A stretch of 64,000 bases of DNA, taken from NCBI GenBank assembly GCA_963776545.1, contig CAVZND010000014.1, positions 13,740 through 77,739 on the forward strand, written 5' to 3'. Source of the DNA: an uncultured Chloroflexia bacterium (GTDB lineage: Bacteria; Chloroflexota; Limnocylindria; Limnocylindrales; CSP1-4). The position numbers and the translations under genes were made by a program. The notes beneath the pieces were generated by a model, which had not been told where the DNA came from, did no database searches, and saw only the letters and a list, made by a program, of their open reading frames with translations. Below, piece after piece: positions 29,310 to 39,561 of this stretch (position 1 is its first letter; every line of letters starts with the position of its first letter).

Positions 29310-30806
29310 ATGCCATTGCGCATCGCGTTCCTCGCGTCCGAGTGCGAGCCATGGGCCAAGACCGGGGGCCTCGCCGACGTCGTCGATGCGCTCGCTCGCG
29401 CCTTGGGGCGTGTACCGGCAGGCGACATCACGGCCCCGGTCGACGTCTTCCTGCCGCGATATCGAACGGTGCCCGCGCCCGATCCCGGAACGATCGAGCG
29501 GCCGACGGTCATCCGCGTCCCGGACCCGCGCGCCCCGAGCGGCACGAGCGAGGTGACGATCCTCGATGTCGCGGCCGACGGATACCGGCTTCGCCTCGTC
29601 GATCATCCGCCGGCATTCGACCGGGACGGGTTCTACGGCGATGCGACAGGCGACTACCCGGACAACGCCTGGCGCTTCGGCCTGTTCTGCCGGGCCGCGT
29701 TGGAGGCGCTTCGGGCGGATGGGATGCCCGTCGATGTCCTGCACCTCCATGACTGGCATACGGGCCCGGCGGCCATCTTCCGCGACGCCCGGTACGACGA
29801 CGACCCGATCGTGGGTCGGGCGGCGATCCTCCTCACCCTGCACAACCTGGCCTACCACGGCTGGGTCCCGCGGGAGTCGCTCAACCAGCTCGGCCTGCGA
29901 CCGGGCGACGGGATCGTGGCCCGCGAGGCCGACGGCCTGGACCTCCTCGCGGCCGGGATCGAGCGGGCCGAGTTGGCCAACACGGTCTCGCCGACGTTCG
30001 CGGCCGAGGCGCTGACCCCGGCCTTCGGGATGGGCGTCGACGGTCTGCTCCGCTCGAAAGGCGACCGGTTCTTCGGCGTCCTCAACGGTCTCGACACGAC
30101 GGTGTGGGACCCGGCCACCGACCCTGACATCGCCGCCACCTATTCGCTGACCGACCGGACCGGCAAGGCGGCATGCCGCGCCGACCTCCTCGGGCGCCTC
30201 GGGTTCGACCCGGCCGACCCTGGGACTGTCTTCGGCATGATCGGCCGGCTCGATCCCCAGAAGGGGTTCGACCTCGTCGCCGGCGCCGCGCCGGCGATCC
30301 TCGAGCGTGGCGGGCGGATCGTCGTCCAGGGCAGCGGCCATCCGGAGCTCGCCGATCCGTTCCGAAGACTCGTCGCGGCGAATCCGGACCGGGTGGCGCT
30401 CATCGAGCGCTTCGACCGGGTGATGGCGCGCCGCATCTACGCCGGCGCCGACGCGTTCCTCATGCCGTCACGGTTCGAGCCGTGCGGGCAGGGCCAGATG
30501 ATCGCGCTGCGCTACGGGACGCCGCCTGTCGTCCATCGGACGGGCGGCCTCGCGGACACGGTCGTCGACGTGACGCGGCAGCCCGGTGCCGGGACCGGCT
30601 TCGTGTTCGACGAGGCGACACCAGGGGCGCTCGTCAGGGCCTGCGAGCGGACGATGACGATGCACGCGGCCAGTGGCGCGACATGGCGGCGCTTGCTCGA
30701 GCGCGGCATGGCCGTCGACTTCGACTGGGTGACGGGCTCCGCACCGCGCTACGTGGAGGCGTATCGGCGTGCCGTCGGACTCCGGGCCGCGGCCAGGGGC
30801 GCCTAG
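29310..30806 (+). CDS. glgA: glycogen synthase (GT5, ADP-glucose type)
   Basis: ATG at 29310. KTGGLADVV motif; divergent from glgP. Confidence 0.88.
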   Translation: MPLRIAFLASECEPWAKTGGLADVVDALARALGRVPAGDITAPVDVFLPRYRTVPAPDPGTIERPTVIRVPDPRAPSGTSEVTILDVAADGYRLRLVDHPPAFDRDGFYGDATGDYPDNAWRFGLFCRAALEALRADGMPVDVLHLHDWHTGPAAIFRDARYDDDPIVGRAAILLTLHNLAYHGWVPRESLNQLGLRPGDGIVAREADGLDLLAAGIERAELANTVSPTFAAEALTPAFGMGVDGLLRSKGDRFFGVLNGLDTTVWDPATDPDIAATYSLTDRTGKAACRADLLGRLGFDPADPGTVFGMIGRLDPQKGFDLVAGAAPAILERGGRIVVQGSGHPELADPFRRLVAANPDRVALIERFDRVMARRIYAGADAFLMPSRFEPCGQGQMIALRYGTPPVVHRTGGLADTVVDVTRQPGAGTGFVFDEATPGALVRACERTMTMHAASGATWRRLLERGMAVDFDWVTGSAPRYVEAYRRAVGLRAAARGA

Positions 30807-31612
30807 TCGAGCGCGTGGCGGAGCGCCGCGAAGAGCTTCTCCGGATGGGTCGGCTGCGGCGAGTGTGGTGCCCCGACGAGCGTCGTCACGTGGTCGGCGC
30901 CATACCGTTCGGCGAACGTCGTCGTCGCCTCGTTCGACAGGAGCCCGCCAGTGGCCGGATCGCCGCGGACCACGCGGACATCAAGCCGGGCTGCCGCCGG
31001 ATCCGAAAGGGCGGCCAGACCGCCATCCCAGTCGCCATTCTCGAAGAGGATCTGGCGGACCGCGTCGAGGTCCGTGCCGCGAGCCGCCAGTTCCACCGCA
31101 TCCAGGTCGCCATCCGCCCATTCCGGGTTCGTGGCATGGGCAGCGGCGCGGGCCGCCTCGGGGCTTGCCGGGAGCCTGGTCGCCGCCTCGGTTGCCTCCG
31201 CGATGATGGCGACGAGCGAGATCACCGGTGGGTCGAGGAGCACGAGTCGCGACGGACACAGGCCTGCCGTCGCCAGGTTGGTGGCCACCATCGCGCCCCA
31301 GCTGTGGGCCACGACCTGGAGCTCCGCCCGATCGAGCCCGGCCGTCCGGATGAACGCCACCAGGTCGGTCGCGGTCTCGCGGAATCGCGCGCGCCCCGTC
31401 CAGTGGCCGGTCTGGCCGTGACCCGGCAGGTCGACCGCGACGACGCGCCGGCCGGTCGCGGCGAACGCCGGTCCGAATCGCCACCAGATGGCGGCCGAGG
31501 CCGTGATGCCGTGCACGAGCAGGAGTGGCCGAGCCGACGCATCACCCCAGGTCAGCGCCGAGAAGGGGATCCCCGCGGCCACGACGGTCACTCGAGCGCT
31601 GGTCTCGTCCAT
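30803..31612 (-). CDS. alpha/beta hydrolase fold protein
   Basis: HGxxxS nucleophile elbow (VAHSWG); 269 aa. Confidence 0.75.
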   Translation of the reverse strand: MDETSARVTVVAAGIPFSALTWGDASARPLLLVHGITASAAIWWRFGPAFAATGRRVVAVDLPGHGQTGHWTGRARFRETATDLVAFIRTAGLDRAELQVVAHSWGAMVATNLATAGLCPSRLVLLDPPVISLVAIIAEATEAATRLPASPEAARAAAHATNPEWADGDLDAVELAARGTDLDAVRQILFENGDWDGGLAALSDPAAARLDVRVVRGDPATGGLLSNEATTTFAERYGADHVTTLVGAPHSPQPTHPEKLFAALRHALD

Positions 31613-31679
31613 CGAACGCCGACGCTAGCACATCGACGGACCGCTAGAATCGAGCGGTCCCAGTCGTCCGGAGGGTCCC

Positions 31680-32069
31680 ATGGCCAACCAGTTCGTCGTG
31701 CAGCTAAAGAACGAGCCCGGGGCCATGGCCAACCTGGCCGAGGCGCTCGCGGCACGCGGCGTCGACCTGCGGGCGATCGGCGGCGGCAGCATCGGCGATT
31801 CCGGCCACGTGATCATGACGACGGCCGACGACCCGGCCACCAAGGCGGTGCTGGACGAGGGCGGCTACACCTATATCGAGGGCGAATCGATCCTGACCGA
31901 GGTCGATGACCGACCCGGCGGCATGGCCCGGCTCTCCCGCGCCCTCGCCGATGCGGGCGTCAACATCTACGGGCACCTGTTCCTCGGCCGGTGGGGTGAT
32001 CGCGCGATGTTCGCATTCGTCGTCGACAAGCCCGACATCGCGCGCCCGATCCTCGAGCGCAAGGGCTGA
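31680..32069 (+). CDS. tandem ACT-domain protein
   Basis: 129 aa, two ACT-like repeats. Confidence 0.65.
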   Translation: MANQFVVQLKNEPGAMANLAEALAARGVDLRAIGGGSIGDSGHVIMTTADDPATKAVLDEGGYTYIEGESILTEVDDRPGGMARLSRALADAGVNIYGHLFLGRWGDRAMFAFVVDKPDIARPILERKG

Positions 32070-32109
32070 CCGAGCCGACGCGCCGAGCCTTCCGGATCGC
32101 GAGGCCGCC

Positions 32110-32862
32110 GTGGACGACTTCGAGCGTTACCGGTTCGACCTGAACGGGTACCTCGCGCTGCCGGGCGTGCTGGCCCCGGCCACCGTGGCGCGGCTCGACG
32201 CGCTGATGGACGAGCGGATCGCCGCGGACGTCCCAGCCGACGCCCATACATACCGGTTCGGTAACGTCCTCGACTGGAGCCCCGACGTCCGCGCGCTCAT
32301 CGACCATGAGCCGGTCCTGCCGTACCTCGAGGAGATCCTCGGGCAGGGCTTCCGGCTGGATCACGACTACGCGGACCTGATCCGGCACGGCAAGGGCCCG
32401 ATCGGGACCAAGCTGCATGGCGGGGCGATCCCGTACGACGCCGGCCAGTCGTACGCCTTCGTCGAAGGCCGGCCGCGGTCCGGGCTGCTTGTCGTCGCCT
32501 ACAACCTGCGCGACGTCAACCCGGGCGACGGCGGGTTCGGGTGCGTCCCGGGCAGCCACAAGGCGAACCTGCCCTTCCCCGAGTCGTGGAAGGAGCTGGA
32601 GATCGACGAGGAGCTGGACCTGGTCCGGGCCGTGACCGGTCCGGCCGGCACGGCGATCATCTTCACCGAGGCGATGACCCACGGGACGCTTCCATGGCGC
32701 GGGGCGGGGGAGCGGCGGACGCTGTTCTTCAAATACGACCCGGGCCCGTATGCCTATGGCGCGACCTTCTACGACCGCGACCGCTGGCCCGACCTCACCG
32801 AGCGCCAGCGCGCGATCCTGGAGTCGCCCAATGCTCGCTACCAGGGCCGCCCGACGGCGTGA
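32110..32862 (+). CDS. phytanoyl-CoA dioxygenase (PhyH) family Fe(II)/2OG oxygenase
   Basis: GTG at 32110 is the first start after the ACT stop. HxD…H facial triad context. Confidence 0.7.
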   Translation: MDDFERYRFDLNGYLALPGVLAPATVARLDALMDERIAADVPADAHTYRFGNVLDWSPDVRALIDHEPVLPYLEEILGQGFRLDHDYADLIRHGKGPIGTKLHGGAIPYDAGQSYAFVEGRPRSGLLVVAYNLRDVNPGDGGFGCVPGSHKANLPFPESWKELEIDEELDLVRAVTGPAGTAIIFTEAMTHGTLPWRGAGERRTLFFKYDPGPYAYGATFYDRDRWPDLTERQRAILESPNARYQGRPTA

Positions 32863-33058
32863 GTCTGGCGGCGCAAGTCGACCCCTGACCATCGGCCCGG
32901 AGGCTCGTTCGGCCGACATCGAGTATGCTCACGGCCTTCGTGCTCGATGGGCGCTCCGGTCGGCGCCCCGGTCTCATACCGTTCGATCCCGATCCACCTA
33001 CGCCCTGACCGGGCCCCGCCACCGGGCGGGAGGGCCCTTCGTCAGGAGCGTCTACTCC

Positions 33059-34684
33059 ATGTCCTTCGATGGTCTCGGGCTGTCGCCCGAGCTCCTCAGC
33101 ACGGTCGCCAGACAGGGCTACACCGTGCCCACCCCCGTCCAGGCAGAAGCCATCCCGCTGGTCCTCGCCGGCCGCGACCTCATGGCCGGCGCGCAGACCG
33201 GCACCGGCAAGACGGCCGCGTTCGTGCTGCCGATGATGCAGCGGCTCCATGCCAGCGCCCGCGACGGTCGTCGCGGCGTTCGCGCGCTCATCCTCGCGCC
33301 GACCCGCGAACTCGCCCTCCAGATCGCCGAGAGTGTCCGTACCTACGGCGCGGGGAGACCCATCCGCTCGGCCGCCATCTATGGCGGCGTCGGCTTCGAT
33401 CCGCAGGTCCGGGCCCTGCGTGGTGGGGCCGAGATCGTCATCGCGACGCCCGGTCGCCTGCTCGACCACGTCGGGCAGCGGACCATCGACCTGTCCCAGG
33501 TGGAGATCCTCGTCCTCGACGAGGCCGACCGAATGCTCGACATGGGCTTCATCCGCGACATCCGCAAGATCCTCGCGATCCTGCCCGCGCAGCGCCAGAA
33601 CCTCCTCTTCTCGGCGACCTTCTCCGATGACATCCGACGGCTGGCAGGCGGTCTGCTCCACGACCCGGCGACCGTCCAGGTCACGCCCCGCAACACCCCG
33701 TCCGAGCTGGTCAGCCAGGTCGTCCACCCGGTCGATCGCGAGCGCAAGCGCGAGCTGCTCAGCCACCTCGTGAAGTCCGGCGTCATCTACCAGGCGCTCG
33801 TCTTCACCCGGACGAAGCACGGCGCGAACCGCCTCGCCACGCAGCTCGAGCACGACGGCATCCCGGCCACCGCGATCCACGGCAACAAGAGCCAGCCCCA
33901 ACGGGTTCGCGCGCTGGCCGACTTCAAGGCGAACAAGTACGCGATCCTCGTCGCGACCGAGGTCGCCGCGCGCGGCCTCGACATCGACTCGCTGCCGCAC
34001 GTCGTCAACTTCGAGTTGCCGATGGTCGCCGAGGACTACGTCCACCGGATCGGCCGGACAGGTCGTGCCGGCGTCGACGGCCGGGCCGTCTCGCTGGTCT
34101 GCGTTGACGAAGCGAAGCTCCTGTACGACATCGAGCGCGTCCTCGGCCGTTCCATCCCGTCCGAGGTTGTCCCGGGCTTCGAGCCCGATCCCCGCATCCG
34201 ACCCGAGGCGATCCTGCGCGGCGGCCTAGGTGGCGCCCGACCGGGTGTCGGCCCCCGCCAACGACCCGTCGGCGCGCCCCGACATGCCGGTGCGGGGTCG
34301 CCGCAGCGAGCGATCAGCCGCCCGGGCGGCGCTCGACCGCACGCCGCGGCGCGGTCGTTCGGTTCGACTCCGGCGGGAGTGCCGAACGCCCATCGCGGGG
34401 GCGGGCATGCGTCCGGCCCGAACCGCGGTGGCCACGCCCCGGCGCGGCGACTCGAAGGCGGCCGCCCGTCAGGCGGTCATCCCTCGCAGCCCGGGCAGTG
34501 GCTCGGCCAGCGCCCGAACCAGGGTGGTCGACCCGCCCAGGGCGGGCCGAACGATCACGGCCCGCGTTCGAGCAACGGCCCGCGTCCGAACCACGGGCCG
34601 CGCCCGAACGGACGTCCCGAGGGCGCTCCATCGGCGCTGCCGGGCGAGCGCCTGGCACGCGTCGGCGGCCGAGACGAACGCTAG
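33059..34684 (+). CDS. DEAD-box ATP-dependent RNA helicase with Arg/Gly-rich C-terminal tail
   Basis: Q-motif, [15 protein letters not shown] and HRIGRTGR motifs. ~196-nt leader upstream. Confidence 0.9.
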   Translation: MSFDGLGLSPELLSTVARQGYTVPTPVQAEAIPLVLAGRDLMAGAQTGTGKTAAFVLPMMQRLHASARDGRRGVRALILAPTRELALQIAESVRTYGAGRPIRSAAIYGGVGFDPQVRALRGGAEIVIATPGRLLDHVGQRTIDLSQVEILVLDEADRMLDMGFIRDIRKILAILPAQRQNLLFSATFSDDIRRLAGGLLHDPATVQVTPRNTPSELVSQVVHPVDRERKRELLSHLVKSGVIYQALVFTRTKHGANRLATQLEHDGIPATAIHGNKSQPQRVRALADFKANKYAILVATEVAARGLDIDSLPHVVNFELPMVAEDYVHRIGRTGRAGVDGRAVSLVCVDEAKLLYDIERVLGRSIPSEVVPGFEPDPRIRPEAILRGGLGGARPGVGPRQRPVGAPRHAGAGSPQRAISRPGGARPHAAARSFGSTPAGVPNAHRGGGHASGPNRGGHAPARRLEGGRPSGGHPSQPGQWLGQRPNQGGRPAQGGPNDHGPRSSNGPRPNHGPRPNGRPEGAPSALPGERLARVGGRDER

Positions 34685-34851
34685 AGGCCCGGTGCCTGGC
34701 CCGAGGCCGAAGACCTCCACCGGGGTCGGCCCCCGGCATCAAGCGGCTTGGCCCTTCGAAGCAGCGCGGCGGGGGCTGCTACGATGCCCGTCACCGCACA
34801 GAGGGCAGTCTGACGGCTGCACGCCTGAGCAGCGCACCGCGAGCACGACGC

Positions 34852-37800
34852 ATGCGAATCGGGGCGTGCGTTCTTGTTGTGCTCGCCTCCGCGACGCTGA
34901 GCCTGCCGCCAGCGGCCGCCGCCGCGGCGACGCTCCCCGCTGGCTTCAGTGACGACCCCGTGGTCAGCGTGGGCTCCCCGACGGACCTCGCCTTCACGCC
35001 CGATGGGCGGATGCTGATCACGACCCAACCGGGCCGACTACGCGTCGTCGCCGACGGGACGCTCCTGCCGACGGCCGCCCTCGACCTCGTCGCCGCGGGC
35101 ACTGTCTGCTCGAACTCGGAGCGCGGCCTGCTTGGAGTGGCCGTGGATCCGCACTTCACCGCGAACGGCTACATCTACCTCTTCCACACATTCAAGAAGT
35201 TCGGCGTGTGCGATGTGAACACGTCGCAGGCTCCCGTCCACCGCGTCTCACGCTTCACTCTGTCACCGTCGCCGGCGAACACGGTCGATCTGGGGAGCGA
35301 ACTCGTGCTCATCGACAACATCCCCTCCCCGGCGGGTTACCACAACGCCGGTGATCTGGCGATCGCTGCTGACGGCTTCCTGTATGTCAGCGTCGGTGAC
35401 GGCGGCTGCCAGTTGGACGACGCGAGTCGATGCTCCACCCAGAACGACAACGCGCGCTCCCTCGATACGTTGCTTGGCAAGATCCTCCGCATCGGCCTCG
35501 ACGGATCCGTCCCGACCACGAACCCCTACGCTGGACTAAGCGGCGCCCGTCGTTGCGGCGATCCGGCCGGTGTGCCGAACGGGACGGGTCCGTGCATCGA
35601 AACGTTCGCGTCCGGGCTACGGAACCCATTCCGATTCGCCTTTCGGCCAGGAACTAGTGAATTCCACATCAATGACGTGGGCCAGGCGACCTGGGAGGAG
35701 ATCGACCTTGGTCGCGCGGGCGCCGACTACGGCTGGAATGTCCGCGAGGGCGACTGCGCCGTGGGCTCGACCTCGGACTGCGGAGCCCAGCCGGCAGGCA
35801 TGACGAACCCGATCCACGCTTACGGACACGCAGACGGCTGCCGATCGATCACCGGCGGTGCGTTCGTGCCGGTCGGGGTCTGGCCCTCTGCGTTCGATAA
35901 CGCGTACCTGTTCAGCGATTACATCTGCGGCAAGATCTTCCGCCTGGTGCCGAACGCATCGGGCGGCTTCGACCAGGTGGAGTTCGCCACAGGTCTCGGC
36001 GGATCGAGTGCGGTCGCCATGACGTTCGGCCCGTACGGGAATACCCAGGCGCTCTACTACACCACATACGCTGGCGGTGGCTCGGTGAGGCGGATCGCTG
36101 CGGTCACGAGCACGAATAGCCTCCCCATCGCGAACGCCGGGACGGCCGGGACGGCGAGCGGGGTGCCGGTGGCCATCACCCTGACCGGTTCGGACGTCGA
36201 GACCTGCGACCTGTCGTTCACCGCCCCGGCCACGACCGTCGCCGGCGGGACACTCGGCGGGCTCGATCCACGCGGCTGCGTCTCGGGCAGTCCGAACACC
36301 GACTCGGCGTCGGTCACGTACACCCCGCCAGGCGGCGGCTTCGCCGGTCCCGACAGCTTCACCTTCACGGTCGACGACGGGACGGACCCGTCCACACCAA
36401 AGACGATCTCGATCACGGTCGGCGGGTCGGCCGGTACCGCCACGTTCGGCGCGGCCGCCGACGCCCAGGTCAAATCGAGCAGCGCCAACACCAACTACGG
36501 CACGCTCGCCACGATCCGGACCCGCGACGGGACCGGCTCCTCGTCCAGCCCGATCTACCGGAGTTATCTGCAGTTCAACGTGGCCGGCGTGTCGGGCACG
36601 GTCAGCGACGTCAAGCTGCGCCTGTTCGTGACCGACCCGAGCCCGCACCTCCAGCAGGTCTTCGCGGTCACCCCGGACACCTGGACCGAGTCGGGACCCG
36701 GCGGCATCACCTACAACGCGACCCCGGCGATCGACACCCCGGCGAGCCCGCTCGCGAGCGCACCCGTGCCGACGACTGGCTGGGTCGAGATCGACCTGCC
36801 GAACAGTGCCGTGAGCGCCAACGGCCCGCTCAGCTTCGCGCTCAAGAGCGCCGGCGGCAACAGCGCCATCTTCAGCTCCAGGGAGGGCGCCAACCGACCC
36901 CAGCTCGTGGTCACCTACGCCGGGGGGACTGCCAACTCGCCCCCCACGGCGACCGGCGGGTCTCCGACGGGGACGACCGAGGACAAGGCGCTGACCCTGA
37001 CCATCGGGGGCTCCGATCAGGAAACGTGCGACCTGATCTTCAACGTGCCAGCGACGACGACCCATGGGACGATCGGCTCGCCGACGCCTGTGGGCTGCAC
37101 GTCAGGCAGCCCGAATGCTGACACCGCCAGCGTGACGTACACGCCGGCCGCCAACTACAGCGGCCCCGACAGTTTCGGCTACACGGTGACCGACAGCGCT
37201 GGCGGGACGTCCACGCCGTTCACTGTCAACGTCACCGTCAGTCCGGTCAACGACGTCCCCATCGCGAACGCCGGGACGGCCGGGACGGCGAGCGGGGTGC
37301 CGGTGGCCATCACCCTGACCGGTTCGGACGTCGAGACCTGCGACCTGTCGTTCACCGCCCCGGCCACGACCGTCGCCGGCGGGACACTCGGCGGGCTCGA
37401 TCCACGCGGCTGCGTCTCGGGCAGTCCGAACACCGACTCGGCGTCGGTCACGTACACCCCGCCAGGCGGCGGCTTCGCCGGTCCCGACAGCTTCACCTTC
37501 ACGGTCGACGACGGGACGGACCCGTCCACACCAAAGACGATCTCGATCACGGTCGGCGGGTCGGCCGGTACCGCCACGTTCGGCGCGGCCGCCGACGCCC
37601 AGGTCAAATCGAGCAGCGCCAACACCAACTACGGCACGCTCGCCACGATCCGGACCCGCGACGGGACCGGCTCCTCGTCCAGCCCGATCTACCGGAGTTA
37701 TCTGCAGTTCAACGTGGCCGGCGTGTCGGGCACGGTCAGCGACGTCAAGCTGCGCCTGTTCGTGACCGACCCGAGCCCGCACCTCCAGCAGGTCTTCGCG

Positions 37801-38061
37801 GTCACCCCGGACACCTGGACCGAGTCGGGACCCGGCGGCATCACCTACAACGCGACCCCGGCGATCGACACCCCGGCGAGCCCGCTCGCGAGCGCACCCG
37901 TGCCGACGACTGGCTGGGTCGAGATCGACCTGCCGAACAGTGCCGTGAGCGCCAACGGCCCGCTCAGCTTCGCGCTCAAGAGCGCCGGCGGCAACAGCGC
38001 CATCTTCAGCTCCAGGGAGGGCGCCAACCGACCCCAGCTCGTGGTCACCTACGGGCCTTGA
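34852..38061 (+). CDS. secreted multidomain protein: PQQ-dependent sugar dehydrogenase (GSDH-like) beta-propeller + Ig-like/cadherin-like units + DNRLRE-like beta-sandwich, duplicated module
   Basis: Signal peptide MRIGACVLVVLASATLSLPPAAAAAA. GSDH motifs (GLLGVAVDP, LRNPFRFAF). The 3' half holds two identical 792-bp modules. Confidence 0.75.
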   Translation: MRIGACVLVVLASATLSLPPAAAAAATLPAGFSDDPVVSVGSPTDLAFTPDGRMLITTQPGRLRVVADGTLLPTAALDLVAAGTVCSNSERGLLGVAVDPHFTANGYIYLFHTFKKFGVCDVNTSQAPVHRVSRFTLSPSPANTVDLGSELVLIDNIPSPAGYHNAGDLAIAADGFLYVSVGDGGCQLDDASRCSTQNDNARSLDTLLGKILRIGLDGSVPTTNPYAGLSGARRCGDPAGVPNGTGPCIETFASGLRNPFRFAFRPGTSEFHINDVGQATWEEIDLGRAGADYGWNVREGDCAVGSTSDCGAQPAGMTNPIHAYGHADGCRSITGGAFVPVGVWPSAFDNAYLFSDYICGKIFRLVPNASGGFDQVEFATGLGGSSAVAMTFGPYGNTQALYYTTYAGGGSVRRIAAVTSTNSLPIANAGTAGTASGVPVAITLTGSDVETCDLSFTAPATTVAGGTLGGLDPRGCVSGSPNTDSASVTYTPPGGGFAGPDSFTFTVDDGTDPSTPKTISITVGGSAGTATFGAAADAQVKSSSANTNYGTLATIRTRDGTGSSSSPIYRSYLQFNVAGVSGTVSDVKLRLFVTDPSPHLQQVFAVTPDTWTESGPGGITYNATPAIDTPASPLASAPVPTTGWVEIDLPNSAVSANGPLSFALKSAGGNSAIFSSREGANRPQLVVTYAGGTANSPPTATGGSPTGTTEDKALTLTIGGSDQETCDLIFNVPATTTHGTIGSPTPVGCTSGSPNADTASVTYTPAANYSGPDSFGYTVTDSAGGTSTPFTVNVTVSPVNDVPIANAGTAGTASGVPVAITLTGSDVETCDLSFTAPATTVAGGTLGGLDPRGCVSGSPNTDSASVTYTPPGGGFAGPDSFTFTVDDGTDPSTPKTISITVGGSAGTATFGAAADAQVKSSSANTNYGTLATIRTRDGTGSSSSPIYRSYLQFNVAGVSGTVSDVKLRLFVTDPSPHLQQVFAVTPDTWTESGPGGITYNATPAIDTPASPLASAPVPTTGWVEIDLPNSAVSANGPLSFALKSAGGNSAIFSSREGANRPQLVVTYGP
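36123..36914. repeat. direct repeat copy 1 (792 bp), identical to 37257..38048
   Basis: Nucleotide-identical over the full length. Encodes the Ig-like + DNRLRE-like module. Confidence 0.9.
37257..38048. repeat. direct repeat copy 2 (792 bp)
   Basis: Identical to 36123..36914, separated by a 342-bp diverged Ig-like unit. Confidence 0.9.
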
Positions 38062-38119
38062 CGCGCCCACTGGAGATCGGCTGGTTGGCCCGCTCCCTCA
38101 CGGGCCTGCCGCCTCGTGA

Positions 38120-39448
38120 CTACGGCGCCCGCGCGGCGATGTCCCGGAGGTACGCGTCGATCTCCGGGACGGAGCGCAGGGCCCGTTCGAAATAGCCGTT
38201 GACCGCACTGAGCGCGGCGTCCTGGATGCCGCTCATCTCGTCCGATCGGTCGGCATGCGACTCGCGCGCCTCGAGCGATTTCCGTAGGTCGAGCAGATGG
38301 CCGACCATCTTCGCCTCCTCCGGGCCATCGAGCGCCTGGATGGCCGACATGATCAAGCCGTCGACCTGCGAGACCATCGTGTGGGTGGCAAAGGTGTCGC
38401 CCGATGACGCGGCATCGTCCAGCGTCCGGATCAACGCGGAGACCTGATACAGCGCCGTGACCGGCTCGTCGAACAGCTCGCGGATGTAGGCGGCCTCGCG
38501 GTACTTGCCGTTCATCCGGAAGACGTTGTACATCCGTCGCGCGGCCTTGCCGAAGTTCGGCTCCTTGACGGTGTACTTCCAGACCTCGTGCTCGAGGGTG
38601 TCGACGTAGTCGTCGACCGAATCTGCCGACATCTCCTTGACGAGCTTCGAGAAGAGCGGGATCGAATCGGTCTCGAGGTAGACCTCCTGGTAGTAGGGGT
38701 CGAGGAAGCCGTCGAGCGGCACGATCGTCCCGTCTGGCGCCTCCCATGTCGGATCGAGGACGTTGCTGGCGTTTGCCAACTGGCCACGGGTCTTGTCGGC
38801 GATGACCCAGTCGAGCTTGCACCAGCCTGGGTCGTGCGACGCGTCCTCCCAGGTGTAGACCCGCACTGAGCCGTCGGGCAGCGTGACCTCCATCTGCCCG
38901 GCCTTGACCTCCTCCATGGTCCAGGACATCCCGGACCCGGCTCCGACCGGGCTGCCACCCTTCGTCGCGGCGACCTGGTGCGTCCCGAACTTGACCTCCC
39001 AAAGCCGGTGGGTCGGTCCGGAGGCCGTGGCGAGCGCCTTCTCACGCATGAGATCGGCCAGGATGGCGCACGCCTCCTCGCGCGTGTCTGCCCGGATGTG
39101 GACCCGCTCGAAGAAGTCGCAGTCGGCCGGATAGGCGTTGATCTTGCTCTGCGCGGCCGATCCGGAGATCGACAACGCCGTCAGGACCTGCGGCGGCCGG
39201 TCCTCGAAGCCCACGATCGTCGCCATCTCGCGGAACCGGGCGAGATCCTCCGGCAGGAAGTCGAGCATCGAGACCCGATGGCCGTAGACGCCGGTGTCGA
39301 CGTCGACGACGAGCTCGCCACCGCTCGCCTCCGTCTCCATCGCGGCGACCCACTCCGCCGCCTCGCGCTCGTCGAGCTCGACGCCCAGCCGCGTGGCCGA
39401 CGCGACCACCCGTGCGATCGCTTCATCCGATGAAGTCCCGGTTGCCAT
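38120..39448 (-). CDS. hypothetical cytoplasmic protein (442 aa), no recognisable family
   Basis: Single long ORF with unbiased composition. Stands alone between convergent neighbours. Confidence 0.55.
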   Translation of the reverse strand: MATGTSSDEAIARVVASATRLGVELDEREAAEWVAAMETEASGGELVVDVDTGVYGHRVSMLDFLPEDLARFREMATIVGFEDRPPQVLTALSISGSAAQSKINAYPADCDFFERVHIRADTREEACAILADLMREKALATASGPTHRLWEVKFGTHQVAATKGGSPVGAGSGMSWTMEEVKAGQMEVTLPDGSVRVYTWEDASHDPGWCKLDWVIADKTRGQLANASNVLDPTWEAPDGTIVPLDGFLDPYYQEVYLETDSIPLFSKLVKEMSADSVDDYVDTLEHEVWKYTVKEPNFGKAARRMYNVFRMNGKYREAAYIRELFDEPVTALYQVSALIRTLDDAASSGDTFATHTMVSQVDGLIMSAIQALDGPEEAKMVGHLLDLRKSLEARESHADRSDEMSGIQDAALSAVNGYFERALRSVPEIDAYLRDIAARAP

Positions 39449-39561
39449 GGCACGCGCCCTCCTCTGCCTGCTCGTCCGAAGTGTATGACCCTCGATGCGC
39501 CGCGGCGATGACCGTCCGCTAGAGTGGGGGACGAGGGCAGGACGACATCGAGGAGGCGGCC

